Sequence record: OL770107
Length of the DNA stretch: 64,000 nucleotides
Origin: Escherichia phage CLB_P2
Strand: one strand, 5' to 3'
Under the pieces are notes generated by a model. That model ran no database searches, was not told the origin of the DNA, and saw nothing but the letters and a program-made list of their open reading frames with translations. This document shows, piece by piece, positions 1 through 10,276 of the stretch. Position 1 is the stretch's first letter, and every line of letters starts with the position of its first letter. The position numbers and the translations under genes were made by a program.

Positions 1-463
1 TGACTTTACCCAACTTCATAAATTCCCTGGTGTAAAACAATGGTCTCCAATGCAGAAAAAATTCGTCAAAACAAAATCTGGTGATGCTCTGCTTGATTGT
101 GTGACTAAGGTTATTAAAGGTGACCGCAAGGATAACGTTGCAAGTATTAAAGTTCGTGGTGATTATTGGTTGACAATGGTTGAAGGCGAACGTACTCCTA
201 GCACTCGTGCCAAGGAACTTGAAGCAATTGCTCTTAATTATTATGACCATGATATAATTAAAACACTTCTTACTGAGGAACAATATGAACGTTTCTGTGA
301 AAACCAAATCTTAATTGATATGGACTTTATTCCAGATGATATTGTTGCTTTAATTACTGAAAGATATAATACGTATAACAAACCTTCGAAATCTAAAGTT
401 TATCCTTATTTCGTTAAATCAGGTTTGTCTAAACTAACTGCTACAGTAGCTGATTTTTATTAA
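1..463 (+). CDS. rnh: RNase H (5'-3' exonuclease), C-terminal part; gene continues upstream of the window
   Basis: Frame is open from position 2 with no upstream stop; sits immediately upstream of dsbA-33-59-32 as in T4. Product assigned by synteny only. Confidence 0.5.
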   Translation, partial: DFTQLHKFPGVKQWSPMQKKFVKTKSGDALLDCVTKVIKGDRKDNVASIKVRGDYWLTMVEGERTPSTRAKELEAIALNYYDHDIIKTLLTEEQYERFCENQILIDMDFIPDDIVALITERYNTYNKPSKSKVYPYFVKSGLSKLTATVADFY

Positions 464-464
464 G

Positions 465-743
465 GTGAATATAATGGCTAAAGAAAAAGTGAAAGTTGAA
501 TTCAACCAAGAAGAACATGGTAATACCCTAGCCCAGTTGATTAAAACTGCTTCCGATACCAAATTAAAAATGGAAGCATACGGCGACGAAATTAAAGATA
601 TCAAAGACCGTGCTAAGACTGAACTTGGTGTAGACGGTAAAATGTTTAACCAGCTGTTCTCCCTGTATCATAAAGGCACTCGTGAACGTTTCGAAGACGA
701 AAAAACTGAAGTGGTAGAACTGTATGACACAATCTTTGAATGA
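465..743 (+). CDS. dsbA: small dsDNA-binding protein DsbA-like (92 aa)
   Basis: Size and position between rnh and gene 33 match T4 order; no motif verified. Confidence 0.5.
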   Translation: MNIMAKEKVKVEFNQEEHGNTLAQLIKTASDTKLKMEAYGDEIKDIKDRAKTELGVDGKMFNQLFSLYHKGTRERFEDEKTEVVELYDTIFE

Positions 744-1026
744 TTTTGACGGAGCGGTTAATACCGCTTCTGAACCTGTCCATGTATTGGTAAATAAACA
801 ACAGAATGGCCTTGATATTGAGGCCTTTGTTGAGGCTGAAGGATGTAGCTATCTCGAAGCGGCTACCGCATGGTTGGAAGAGAACAGCATCCCTGAAGGT
901 AACTTTGCTCGTTATTTGCCTGCAGGAATTATTGATAAAATTATGAACGAGGCCATTGATGATAACTTGCTTCGTCCTTCAATGGCACGAACGCAAAAAA
1001 CTAATACCCTGGATTTCTTGTTATGA
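724..1026 (+). CDS. 33: late transcription co-activator gp33-like (100 aa)
   Basis: Small ORF directly upstream of gene 59 and gene 32, overlapping neighbours by a few codons; assigned by synteny. Confidence 0.55.
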   Translation: MTQSLNDFDGAVNTASEPVHVLVNKQQNGLDIEAFVEAEGCSYLEAATAWLEENSIPEGNFARYLPAGIIDKIMNEAIDDNLLRPSMARTQKTNTLDFLL

Positions 1027-1676
1027 TTAAGATTCGCATGCCACCAAACAATAACCGTATGGTGAATGGTAAGAGCGTATATTCACTATACTTAATGCTC
1101 AAACATCACTTCAATGCCAAATACGACGTTATAAAATATAACTGGGTCATGCGAATCTCTGATACGGCTTACCAAAAACGTCGTGACAAATATTTCTTCG
1201 AGAAATTGAGTGATAAATACACTTTGAAAGAGCTTGCTCTTATCTTCATGAGTAACTTGGTGGCTAACCAAGACGCATGGATTGGCGACATCAGTGATGC
1301 TGACGCCTTAGTCTTTTACCGAGAATATATCGGTAGACTTAAAAGAATAAAACAAGTTTTTGAGGACGATATCAAAAACATCTATTATTTCAGTAAGAAA
1401 GTGGAAGTTCAAGCGCTTTCTGAAATTTTTGAATATAATAAAAAAGTTAACTCGAGCTATATTTTTAAGCTCCTTCAATCGAATGTTATTTCGTTCGAAA
1501 CGTTTATTTTGCTTGATTCATTTATGGATATAATAAATAAACATGATGAACAGACCAACGATTTAGTGTGGTCTAAGTATTCGACTAAATTAAATGCTTA
1601 TAAGAAAATTCTTATAATCGATAATTTAGAAGCTCGTAAATTGTTCATTGAAACTATCAAATCTTGTAAGTTTTAA
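1023..1676 (+). CDS. 59: helicase loader gp59-like (217 aa)
   Basis: 217 aa, the same length as T4 gp59, immediately upstream of gene 32. Confidence 0.65.
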   Translation: MIKIRMPPNNNRMVNGKSVYSLYLMLKHHFNAKYDVIKYNWVMRISDTAYQKRRDKYFFEKLSDKYTLKELALIFMSNLVANQDAWIGDISDADALVFYREYIGRLKRIKQVFEDDIKNIYYFSKKVEVQALSEIFEYNKKVNSSYIFKLLQSNVISFETFILLDSFMDIINKHDEQTNDLVWSKYSTKLNAYKKILIIDNLEARKLFIETIKSCKF

Positions 1677-1766
1677 TGCTTCATATTAAATGTGTTAATA
1701 TACTAACTCAATCTGTTAAAAACTGTTAATAAAATACAACTGCTAAAATCTGCTAAGGTAAATAAT
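1677..1766 (+). promoter_or_regulatory. A/U-rich gene 32 leader, candidate autoregulatory translational operator
   Basis: 90-nt AT-rich untranslated leader with repeated TTAAA/CTGTTAA/CTGCTAA elements directly before the gene 32 ATG; T4 gp32 represses its own mRNA through such a leader. Confidence 0.4.
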
Positions 1767-2672
1767 ATGTTCAAACGTAAAGACCCTTCCCAACTGGCTG
1801 CTCAACTGTCTGCAATGAAAGGTGGTTCTTCTTTCTCTTCCGATGATAAAGCTGAATGGAAATTGAAAGATGACAATGGTGTTGGTACTGCGGTAATTCG
1901 TTTCCTACCTTCGAAAAACGAAGAAAATCCATCTCCATTCGTTAAGCTCGTTAACCACGGCTTTAAGAAAAATGGTCAATGGTATATTGAAAACTGTACG
2001 TCTACTCACGGTGATTTCGATTCTTGTCCTGTATGTAAATACATGAACCAGAACGATACGTATAATACTAATAACGCCGAATACAAACTGATGAAACGTA
2101 AAACTTCCTTCTGGGCTAACATCCTTGTTATTAAGGATAGTGCAGTGCCTGCTAACGAAGGTAAAGTGTTTAAATTCCGTTTCGGACAGAAAATTATGGA
2201 TAAAATCAACCAGATGGTTGAAGTTGATACTGATATTGGTGAAGTGCCGGTTGACGTAACATGTCCGTTTGATGGTGCTAACTTCGTACTGAAATCTAAG
2301 AAAGTTGGTGACTTCAAAAACTACGACGATTCCAAATTCATGGGTCAGTCTGAAATTCCTAACATCAATGATGAAGCTTACCAAGCTAAATTGATGGAAG
2401 AAATGCACGACCTTTCTAAACTGCTCGAGTTCAAATCCTTTGAAACTAACGAAGCCAAGTTTAAGAAAGTTGTTGGTACTGCTGCTCTTGGTGGTGCTGC
2501 CGCTAAAGCTTCTGCAGCTGCCGATAAGATTGGTGATGACCTGGACGCATTCAGTGCAGACCTTGATGCATATGATTCTAAACCGTCTACACCGACCCGT
2601 TCCACTACTCCTGAACCATCAGTAAGTCCTTCTGATGACGATGGTTTGGACGACCTGTTAGCTGGTCTATAA
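1767..2672 (+). CDS. 32: single-stranded DNA-binding protein gp32 (301 aa)
   Basis: N-terminus MFKRK...EWKLKDDNG...IRFLPSK...[13 protein letters not shown] and the zinc motif H-x-C-x-C-x-x-C ([12 protein letters not shown]) match T4 gp32 as remembered; same length. Confidence 0.93.
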   Translation: MFKRKDPSQLAAQLSAMKGGSSFSSDDKAEWKLKDDNGVGTAVIRFLPSKNEENPSPFVKLVNHGFKKNGQWYIENCTSTHGDFDSCPVCKYMNQNDTYNTNNAEYKLMKRKTSFWANILVIKDSAVPANEGKVFKFRFGQKIMDKINQMVEVDTDIGEVPVDVTCPFDGANFVLKSKKVGDFKNYDDSKFMGQSEIPNINDEAYQAKLMEEMHDLSKLLEFKSFETNEAKFKKVVGTAALGGAAAKASAAADKIGDDLDAFSADLDAYDSKPSTPTRSTTPEPSVSPSDDDGLDDLLAGL

Positions 2673-2688
2673 GTTATTGATTTATAAT

Positions 2689-2716
2689 GGGAAGACTTCG
2701 GTCTTCCCTTTTTTGG
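2689..2716 (+). terminator. rho-independent terminator after gene 32
   Basis: GGGAAGAC-TTCG-GTCTTCCC hairpin followed by TTTTTT. Confidence 0.7.
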
Positions 2717-2725
2717 CATTTAATG

Positions 2726-2754
2726 GTTTACAATGCCTTTAAACATGATACTAT
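2726..2754 (+). promoter_or_regulatory. T4 early-type promoter (GTTTAC -35, TACTAT -10)
   Basis: GTTTAC at 2726-2731 and TACTAT at 2749-2754, 17-nt spacer, about 30 nt before the ATG at 2784. Confidence 0.5.
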
Positions 2755-2783
2755 AGACCTATCAACTACATGAGGAAATAAAA

Positions 2784-3152
2784 ATGGAAACTGGTAAATT
2801 TTATGTATTAGACCCTGCTGCCAAAAAACAATTCATCGCTGGTAGTCCTGATAACAATTCGCGTATGGTTAAGATTATGGAACAACATGGCAGTTCCTTT
2901 AAAGTCCTGGGCATGTGTTATATCGACGGTGATTATTTTGTCGAAAAAGTTGAAATGAAAGATGGTACCATCCTGAAGTCTGTTTATGATAATGCTGACG
3001 AGTATTTTGAACTCGCTGAATGGGAATTCAAACACTTCATAGAAGTTGATGGTGATGCTCCTGCTGTTGATACCCAAACCATTCATGTGCAGGTAAATCA
3101 TAAAAATGCGGCAGAAGTTGTTGCCTTGATTAAAGCTACCTTTGGAATTTAA
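2784..3152 (+). CDS. hypothetical early protein (122 aa), paralog of the next ORF
   Basis: ORF with SD GAGGAAA; shares a pattern with 3155..3538 (NNN.MV.I, DGD.FV.K, EYFEL.E.EF, C-terminal L...F). Confidence 0.6.
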   Translation: METGKFYVLDPAAKKQFIAGSPDNNSRMVKIMEQHGSSFKVLGMCYIDGDYFVEKVEMKDGTILKSVYDNADEYFELAEWEFKHFIEVDGDAPAVDTQTIHVQVNHKNAAEVVALIKATFGI

Positions 3153-3154
3153 AA

Positions 3155-3538
3155 ATGAAAATCGGTAAAAAATACGAACTTCGTCCTGAGCGTATCAAAT
3201 CTTTTATCAATATCAGCCCTATCAATAATAATGATATGGTTGATATTATCCAAGAAAACGGTGGATGGTTTGAAGTAAAGGACGTTATGACCTCAGATGG
3301 GGATGAATTTGTAACTAAAATCAAATGTGCTAATGGTGAGGTTTTTAGTTCGGACGGGACACTAGAGGAATATTTTGAATTGCATGAAGATGAGTTCTAT
3401 TGCTTCCGTGAATACGTTGAACAAGATGAAGTTGATGAACCCGTTTCTAAGGCCGGTGTGACCCAAATCCATTGCGTTGTCACTGAACAGAACGTTGACC
3501 AAATCATTGAACTTTTGCAAAAAACTTTTAAGGCCTAA
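3155..3538 (+). CDS. hypothetical early protein (127 aa), paralog of the previous ORF
   Basis: Tightly coupled to the upstream ORF; recognisable shared motifs. Confidence 0.6.
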   Translation: MKIGKKYELRPERIKSFINISPINNNDMVDIIQENGGWFEVKDVMTSDGDEFVTKIKCANGEVFSSDGTLEEYFELHEDEFYCFREYVEQDEVDEPVSKAGVTQIHCVVTEQNVDQIIELLQKTFKA

Positions 3539-3539
3539 T

Positions 3540-3800
3540 ATGACTAAAGATGATTTCCTGGATGCCGTAGAAAAAGCCAGTGAGAAATTTGAAGTGATGG
3601 GTGTACGAGTTCATAAAGACCGAAATTATGGGCTCGATGTCCAAACGTATTCGTTATGGCTTGTAGGTGAACATAGTCTTGTAACCAGCTTAGTTATGGG
3701 TGTTGATGCTCAACCCTTACTGGTTAAATTTAGAAGTATGGAAAAAGCTACCAAAGAAATGATTAAGCTTGGTAAATGGCTTGATAAAATTCAAAAATAA
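3540..3800 (+). CDS. hypothetical protein (86 aa)
   Basis: ATG at 3540 two nt after the upstream stop; the track ORF 3477..3800 begins inside the previous gene. Confidence 0.5.
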   Translation: MTKDDFLDAVEKASEKFEVMGVRVHKDRNYGLDVQTYSLWLVGEHSLVTSLVMGVDAQPLLVKFRSMEKATKEMIKLGKWLDKIQK

Positions 3801-3802
3801 GT

Positions 3803-3836
3803 GTTTACAAGGTCTGTAGATATGATACTATAGACC
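3803..3836 (+). promoter_or_regulatory. early-type promoter with inverted repeat around the -10
   Basis: GTTTAC 3803-3808, TACTAT 3826-3831; GGTCTGTAG / CTATAGACC inverted repeat flanks the -10. Confidence 0.5.
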
Positions 3837-3859
3837 TATCAACTAATGAGGAAAATAAA

Positions 3860-4087
3860 ATGGCTAAGGTTAATATTGATATCGTTGATTTTGAATACAC
3901 TTACGAAGTTATCCGTAATCGTTATCCTTCTTTGACTATGACTTATATCAAAGACACACAATTCTGTAGTATGCAAATTGAAGTTCAAGGTCCTCTTGAA
4001 GACCTTACCCGCTTTATGGCTGATGAATATTGTGATGGTATGCATGCTGAAGACGCTGAATTTTATATGGGCTTAATTCAAAAATAA
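3860..4087 (+). CDS. hypothetical protein (75 aa)
   Basis: ORF preceded by SD GAGGAAAA and an early-type promoter. Confidence 0.55.
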   Translation: MAKVNIDIVDFEYTYEVIRNRYPSLTMTYIKDTQFCSMQIEVQGPLEDLTRFMADEYCDGMHAEDAEFYMGLIQK

Positions 4088-4089
4088 GT

Positions 4090-4125
4090 GTTTACCTAAG
4101 GCTATGGTAGTGATACTATAGCCTT
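4090..4125 (+). promoter_or_regulatory. early-type promoter with inverted repeat
   Basis: GTTTAC 4090-4095, TACTAT 4114-4119; AAGGCTAT / ATAGCCTT inverted repeat. Confidence 0.5.
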
Positions 4126-4145
4126 ATCAACTTGAGGAGAATAAA

Positions 4146-4385
4146 ATGAAATTACAACGCGAATCAATCAAAGATTCTGAAGTTAAAGGCAAATGGTACT
4201 TCACAATCCAAGGTAACAATCCGGAAGCTCTGGAAAAAGCCGAACAAGCTTTGTGTGAAATGGGTTGGAAAGATGAGTGTGATGGGTGTCCTCTTTATGA
4301 AGATGGTAGCTCATCTGGTTTCTGGATTCACCATTCTGATGTTGACCAATTTAAAGCCGACTGGAAAGTCGCTAAGAAAGCGTGA
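4146..4385 (+). CDS. hypothetical protein (79 aa), Cys-containing
   Basis: ORF with SD GAGGAGAA upstream. Confidence 0.55.
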   Translation: MKLQRESIKDSEVKGKWYFTIQGNNPEALEKAEQALCEMGWKDECDGCPLYEDGSSSGFWIHHSDVDQFKADWKVAKKA

Positions 4386-4395
4386 GGAAAATATA

Positions 4396-4725
4396 ATGCT
4401 TACTGAATACACTTGCTTTGCTAAAGATGATGCACATCCTGAACTGATTCTTGAAGTTAAGGTTAATACACTTGAACAAAAATTTGATTGGAGCCTTTAC
4501 ATCTATCCTAAAAATAATATTGATGGTCCACAGAAATATACGCTTAACGACAAGTGCATTAGCGGTATCATTGGATACGGGTCTAGCGAAAGCAAATATT
4601 CATTAGAAGATATTCGCCAATCACGTTGTGCCGTCGCTTATTTTGATACTAGTACCATTAAATATCTTTACAAATTGGTTCTTGATATTCGCAAAGATTT
4701 TACCGCAATTAAAAAATGCAGTTAA
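4396..4725 (+). CDS. hypothetical protein (109 aa)
   Basis: ATG at 4396 preceded by GAGGA; the track ORF 4255..4725 begins inside the upstream gene. Confidence 0.5.
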   Translation: MLTEYTCFAKDDAHPELILEVKVNTLEQKFDWSLYIYPKNNIDGPQKYTLNDKCISGIIGYGSSESKYSLEDIRQSRCAVAYFDTSTIKYLYKLVLDIRKDFTAIKKCS

Positions 4726-5506
<781 letters not shown>

Positions 5507-5519
<13 letters not shown>

Positions 5520-6379
5520 TGAAACAATACCAATTTTTAATTAAAGATATCCTGGAAAATGGCTACGAAACCGACGACCGTACCGGCACCGGTACAATTG
5601 CACTGTTCGGTACTAAATTACGTTTTGATTTAACTAAAGGCTTTCCTGCAGTAACAACTAAAAAATTAGCATGGAAAGCCTGTATTGCTGAGCTCCTTTG
5701 GTTCCTTTCGGGTTCAACTAACGTTAATGACCTTCGTTTCCGTACTCACGGTTCACTAATTGGCGGTAAAACTATTTGGGACGAGAACTACGAAAATCAG
5801 GCCAAAGACCTAGGTTATCATAGTGGTGAACTTGGTCCGGTATACGGGAAACAATGGCGAGATTTTGGTGGTGTCGACCAGGTTGTAGAAATCATCAACC
5901 GCATTAAAAAGATGCCTAATGACCGACGTCAAATCGTATCTGCATGGAACCCGGCTGAAATCAACCAGATGGCTCTTCCACCGTGCCATTGTTTTTACCA
6001 GTTCAACGTTCGTAATGGACATCTTGACCTCCAGTGGTACCAACGTTCTGTTGACGTGTTCTTAGGATTGCCATTTAATATTGCCTCTTACGCCGCTCTT
6101 GTGCATATTGTAGCTAAGATGTGTAATCTTATTCCGGGCGATTTAGTGTTCTCAGGCGGCAATACACACATCTATTCTAACCACGTTGAACAATGCCAAG
6201 AAGTTCTTCGTCGTGAGCCTAAAGAGCTTTGTGAACTGGAAATTAATTGGCCTGAAGGATTCTCTGATTGGAGCACGACATTACAGCTTCATTGGGTAAC
6301 AGAGCATATGGTCCATGAAGATTTTAAACTCATTGGTTACGAATCACACCCTACCATTAAGGCTAAAATGGCTGTATGA
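5507..6379 (+). CDS. td: thymidylate synthase (290 aa), uninterrupted
   Basis: Thymidylate synthase motifs (DRTGTGT, LPPCH, FYQF, DLGPVYG); a single continuous ORF. Confidence 0.93.
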
Positions 6380-6440
6380 AAATTCAAATTGCTGGTACCT
6401 TATTTTTGGTTATTATGATTGGGCTGAATTTGGTGCTATA

Positions 6441-6734
6441 ATGAGAGTCTGTAGAGTTGTTAACAAGTATAAAGAAGATTTTGATGTCAATATCCAACGC
6501 GGAACCATGTGGGGTAATCCATTTAAAGATGGGACCCGTGAGGAAAACATCAAGAACTTTAAAGAATACTTTATTGCTAAAATAAAATCGGGTGAAATTA
6601 AAAGAGAACATCTTGAAACCCTTAGAGGTATGCGTATAGCGTGTACCTGTAAACCTAAGGACTGTCATGGGGATGTGATAGCCCTGGTTGTTAACAAACT
6701 TTTCAAAGACACGTTCTCATTAGAAGACCTATAA
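6441..6734 (+). CDS. hypothetical Cys/His-motif protein (DUF4326-like), start uncertain
   Basis: Motif GNPF...ACTCKPKDCHGD resembles a small conserved phage domain; first ATG after the td stop is at 6441 but lacks a clear SD. Confidence 0.45.
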   Translation: MRVCRVVNKYKEDFDVNIQRGTMWGNPFKDGTREENIKNFKEYFIAKIKSGEIKREHLETLRGMRIACTCKPKDCHGDVIALVVNKLFKDTFSLEDL

Positions 6735-6743
6735 ATATCAGTC

Positions 6744-6770
6744 CATGCTTAACAGGTTCTATGATAGAAT
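6744..6770 (+). promoter_or_regulatory. candidate middle (MotA-box) promoter for nrdA
   Basis: TGCTTAA at 6746-6752 resembles the MotA box; TAGAAT -10-like element 12 nt downstream; lies in an inverted repeat AGGTTCTAT / ATAGAACCT. Confidence 0.35.
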
Positions 6771-6800
6771 AATTATAGAACCTAACATATTGAGGAAATT

Positions 6801-9056
6801 ATGCAAGTACAAAAAAGTAGCGGTGTATCCCAAGATTTTGACGCACAAAAAATTATTAAAGTTCTGACTTGGGGCTGTGAAGGAACCCAAATCGACCCCT
6901 ATGAATTATACGAAGAAATCAAATCCCATCTTCGTGATGGTATGACCACCAAAGATATCCAGAATCTGACTGTTAAGGTAGCAGCCAACCTTATCTCGGT
7001 TGAAGAACCCGATTACCAATATGTTGCTGCAAAGCAACTGATGTTTGCACTGCGTAAAGAAGTTTATGGGCAGTTCGAACCGCGTAGTTTTATAGACCAT
7101 ATTTCCTATTGTGTTAACGAAGGTAAATATGACCCTGAATTGCTGTCTCGATATTCTGCAGAAGAAATTACTTTCTTAGAATCTCATATCAAGCATGAAC
7201 GCGATTTCGAATTAACCTATGCTGGTGCAATGCAGCTGAAAGAGAAATATCTGGTTAAAGATAAAACAACCGGTAAAATCTACGAAACCCCTCAGTTCGC
7301 TATTATGTGTATTGGTATGGCCTTACACCAAGACGAGCCAGGTAACCGTTTAGCACATATTATTCGTTTTTATGACGCTGTAAGTACTCGTCAGGTTTCG
7401 TTGCCTACTCCTATTATGGCAGGAGCACGTACTCCAACCCGTCAATTTAGTTCTTGTGTGGTTATTGAAGCAGGCGACTCGCTGAAATCTATTAACAAAA
7501 CCGCTAACTCAATAATTGAATACATTTCTAAACGTGCAGGTATTGGTATCAACGTTGGTATGATTCGTGCTGAAGGTTCTCGTATTGGCATGGGTGAAGT
7601 CAAGCATACCGGTGTTATTCCATTCTGGAAACATTTCCAGACTGCTGTTAAATCATGTTCACAAGGTGGAATCCGTGGCGGCGCTGCTACTGCTTATTAT
7701 CCTATTTGGCATTTGGAAGTTGAAAATCTGCTCGTTCTGAAAAACAACAAAGGTGTCGATGAGAACCGTATTCGACATATGGACTACGGAATCCAGTTGA
7801 ACGACCTTATGATGGAACGTTTCGGTAAAAATGATTACATCACGTTGTTCAGTCCTCATGAAATGGGCGGTGAGCTTTATTATTCTTATTTTGAAGACCA
7901 AGAACGTTTCCGTGAATTGTATGAAGCGGCTGAAAAAGACCCTAGCATTCGCAAGAAACGTATTAAAGCACGCGACCTCTTTGAATTGTTCATGACCGAA
8001 CGTTCAGGCACTGCACGAATTTATCCTCAGTTTGTTGATAACACTAACAACTTCACACCATTTATTCGTGAAAAGGCTCCTATTCGCCAGAGTAACTTGT
8101 GTTGTGAAATTGCTATCCCGACCACCGATGTGAATAGTCCGGACGCTGAAATCGGGTTGTGTACGCTGTCTGCATTCGTGTTGGATAACTTTGATTGGCA
8201 AGACCAAGACAAAATCAACGAACTTGCTGAAGTACAGGTACGTGCACTTGATAACTTGTTAGATTATCAAAGCTATCCTGTTCCTGAAGCTTTGAAGGCT
8301 AAGAAACGTCGTAACCTGGGTGTAGGTGTTACGAACTACGCCGCATGGTTAGCAAGCAACTTTGCTTCTTATGAAGATGCAAACGATTTAACTCACGAAT
8401 TGTTTGAGAGATTACAGTATGGACTTATCCGAGCATCAATCAAGTTGGCCGAAGAAAAAGGGCCTTGCGAGTATTATTCAGACACTAAATGGTCTCGAGG
8501 CGAGCTTCCTATCGACTGGTACAATAAAAAGATTGACCAAATCGCAGCCCCAAACTATGTTTGTGACTGGTCGTCGTTGCGGGAAGACTTGGCTAAACAT
8601 GGCATCCGTAATAGCACATTATCAGCACTTATGCCATGCGAGTCAAGCAGCCAAGTTTCCAACTCTACAAACGGTATCGAACCTCCGCGTGGTCCGGTAA
8701 GTATTAAAGAATCTAAAGAAGGTAACTTCCGTCAGGTAGTTCCTAATGTAGAACATAACCAAGGCCTCTATGATTACGCTTGGAGCCTCGCTAAGAAAGG
8801 TAATAAACCTTATCTTACCCAAGTAGCAATTATGTTGAAATGGGTTTGCCAATCTGCATCAGCGAATACGTATTACGACCCTCAGAACTATGAGAAAGGA
8901 AAAGTTCCTATGTCAGTAATGCTTGATGACCTGTTATATTTCTGGTACTTTGGTGGTAAGAACCTTTATTATCATAATACCCGTGATGGCTCTGGTACTG
9001 ACGATTACGAAATCGAAACTCCTAAAGCCGATGATTGCGCAGCTTGTAAGCTTTAA
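6801..9056 (+). CDS. nrdA: ribonucleotide reductase large subunit (751 aa)
   Basis: Class Ia RNR alpha features (N-terminal ATP-cone region, catalytic CE...NLC and C-terminal Cys pair), length and position. Confidence 0.95.
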   Translation: MQVQKSSGVSQDFDAQKIIKVLTWGCEGTQIDPYELYEEIKSHLRDGMTTKDIQNLTVKVAANLISVEEPDYQYVAAKQLMFALRKEVYGQFEPRSFIDHISYCVNEGKYDPELLSRYSAEEITFLESHIKHERDFELTYAGAMQLKEKYLVKDKTTGKIYETPQFAIMCIGMALHQDEPGNRLAHIIRFYDAVSTRQVSLPTPIMAGARTPTRQFSSCVVIEAGDSLKSINKTANSIIEYISKRAGIGINVGMIRAEGSRIGMGEVKHTGVIPFWKHFQTAVKSCSQGGIRGGAATAYYPIWHLEVENLLVLKNNKGVDENRIRHMDYGIQLNDLMMERFGKNDYITLFSPHEMGGELYYSYFEDQERFRELYEAAEKDPSIRKKRIKARDLFELFMTERSGTARIYPQFVDNTNNFTPFIREKAPIRQSNLCCEIAIPTTDVNSPDAEIGLCTLSAFVLDNFDWQDQDKINELAEVQVRALDNLLDYQSYPVPEALKAKKRRNLGVGVTNYAAWLASNFASYEDANDLTHELFERLQYGLIRASIKLAEEKGPCEYYSDTKWSRGELPIDWYNKKIDQIAAPNYVCDWSSLREDLAKHGIRNSTLSALMPCESSSQVSNSTNGIEPPRGPVSIKESKEGNFRQVVPNVEHNQGLYDYAWSLAKKGNKPYLTQVAIMLKWVCQSASANTYYDPQNYEKGKVPMSVMLDDLLYFWYFGGKNLYYHNTRDGSGTDDYEIETPKADDCAACKL

Positions 9057-9109
9057 TAAAATCTGATTATAATTGACTCATGGATGAGTCACTAACAAAT
9101 GAGAATAAC

Positions 9110-10249
9110 ATGTCTACAGTTTTTAATACTACCCCGGTTGATGTTTTAGTCGAACCGATGTTCTTTGGTTCAGGATTGGGTATTGCTCGTTACGATATCC
9201 AACGTCATAAAGTATTCGAAGAGCTTTGTGAAAAGCAGTTGAGTTTCTTCTGGCGTCCAGAGGAAGTTAACTTGATGATGGATGCTGCCCAGTTTAATAA
9301 GCTTCCTCAATTCCAACAAAATATTTTTACCAATAACCTGAAGTATCAATCACTTCTGGATAGTATCCAGGGACGTGCTCCTTCTGCTGCGCTCCAAGCA
9401 TTGATTTCAGACCCTAGCCTTGATACATGGGTGGCTACATGGACCTTTAGTGAAACCATTCACTCTCGTTCGTATACCCATATCATGCGTAACCTCTATA
9501 CAGACCCATCTAAGGTATTTGACGAAATTCTATTAGATGAAGCTATCATGAAACGTGCTGAATCTATTGGTCGTTATTATGATGATGTTATTGAGAAAAC
9601 TCGTAAATACCAAAATGCTTTAGAAGAATACCATGAGTTCAGTGAAGGTGTTAAAACCGCTAAATACGAACTAATGCGTTCTCTTTACCTCTGCCTGCAT
9701 GTAATAAACGCATTGGAAGCTATTCGTTTTTATGTATCTTTCGCATGTACCTTTAACTTCCATAAGAATATGGAAATCATGGAAGGTAATGCTAAGATTA
9801 TGAAGTTCATTGCACGTGATGAACAGCTTCACCTTAAAGGCACCCAGTACATTATCCGTCAACTCCAGCTTGGTACAGATGGTGATGAATGGGTTAAAAT
9901 TGCTCAAGAGTGTGAACAAGAAGCAGTTGATATTTTCATGGAAGTTAACCGACAAGAAAAAGAGTGGGCCGCTCACCTGTTCAAAGATGGTACTTGCCCT
10001 GGATTAAATACTCAGAACATGGGTGCTTTTGTCGATTACCTGACAGTTTCTCGTATGAAGCAATGTGGCTTACCATGTCCTATTACTGATGCTCCTACTC
10101 GCCATCCTTATCCTTGGATTCGTGAATACCTGAACTCTGATGCTGTACAGGCTGCTCCTCAGGAAGTGGAAATCAGTTCTTACCTTGTAGCACAAATTGA
10201 TAATGATGTCGATGAAAAAGTAATGGCATCATACAAGAAATATTTTTAA
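9110..10249 (+). CDS. nrdB: ribonucleotide reductase small subunit (about 379 aa), uninterrupted
   Basis: MSTVFN...EPMFFG...RYD aligns residue-for-residue with the E. coli NrdB N-terminus; start taken at that ATG (9110). An in-frame upstream ATG at 9080 lies inside a hairpin. Confidence 0.92.
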   Translation: MSTVFNTTPVDVLVEPMFFGSGLGIARYDIQRHKVFEELCEKQLSFFWRPEEVNLMMDAAQFNKLPQFQQNIFTNNLKYQSLLDSIQGRAPSAALQALISDPSLDTWVATWTFSETIHSRSYTHIMRNLYTDPSKVFDEILLDEAIMKRAESIGRYYDDVIEKTRKYQNALEEYHEFSEGVKTAKYELMRSLYLCLHVINALEAIRFYVSFACTFNFHKNMEIMEGNAKIMKFIARDEQLHLKGTQYIIRQLQLGTDGDEWVKIAQECEQEAVDIFMEVNRQEKEWAAHLFKDGTCPGLNTQNMGAFVDYLTVSRMKQCGLPCPITDAPTRHPYPWIREYLNSDAVQAAPQEVEISSYLVAQIDNDVDEKVMASYKKYF

Positions 10250-10254
10250 GGAAT

Positions 10255-10276
10255 GGGGCTTCGGCCCCTTATTGCT
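10255..10276 (+). terminator. hairpin/terminator after nrdB
   Basis: GGGGC-TTCG-GCCCC followed by TTATTGCT. Confidence 0.5.

Noticed and set aside
1905-2719. Minus-strand ORFs 1905..2408, 2006..2317 and 2378..2719
   Set aside because: Antisense within gene 32, which is strongly supported.
6315-6440. N-terminal extension of ORF 6315..6734
   Set aside because: This part lies within td in another frame; a 65-nt out-of-frame overlap with a conserved enzyme gene is unlikely, so the start was moved to 6441 with low confidence.
6730-6737. TATAAATA late-promoter motif at the stop codon of ORF 6441..6734
   Set aside because: An isolated 8-mer match in an AT-rich genome is expected by chance several times; the downstream gene nrdA is an early/middle gene, so a late promoter is not needed here.
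9080-9109. Upstream ATG start for nrdB
   Set aside because: That ATG is buried in the hairpin TGACTCA-TGGA-TGAGTCA, and the alignment to the E. coli NrdB N-terminus begins at the downstream Met (9110).
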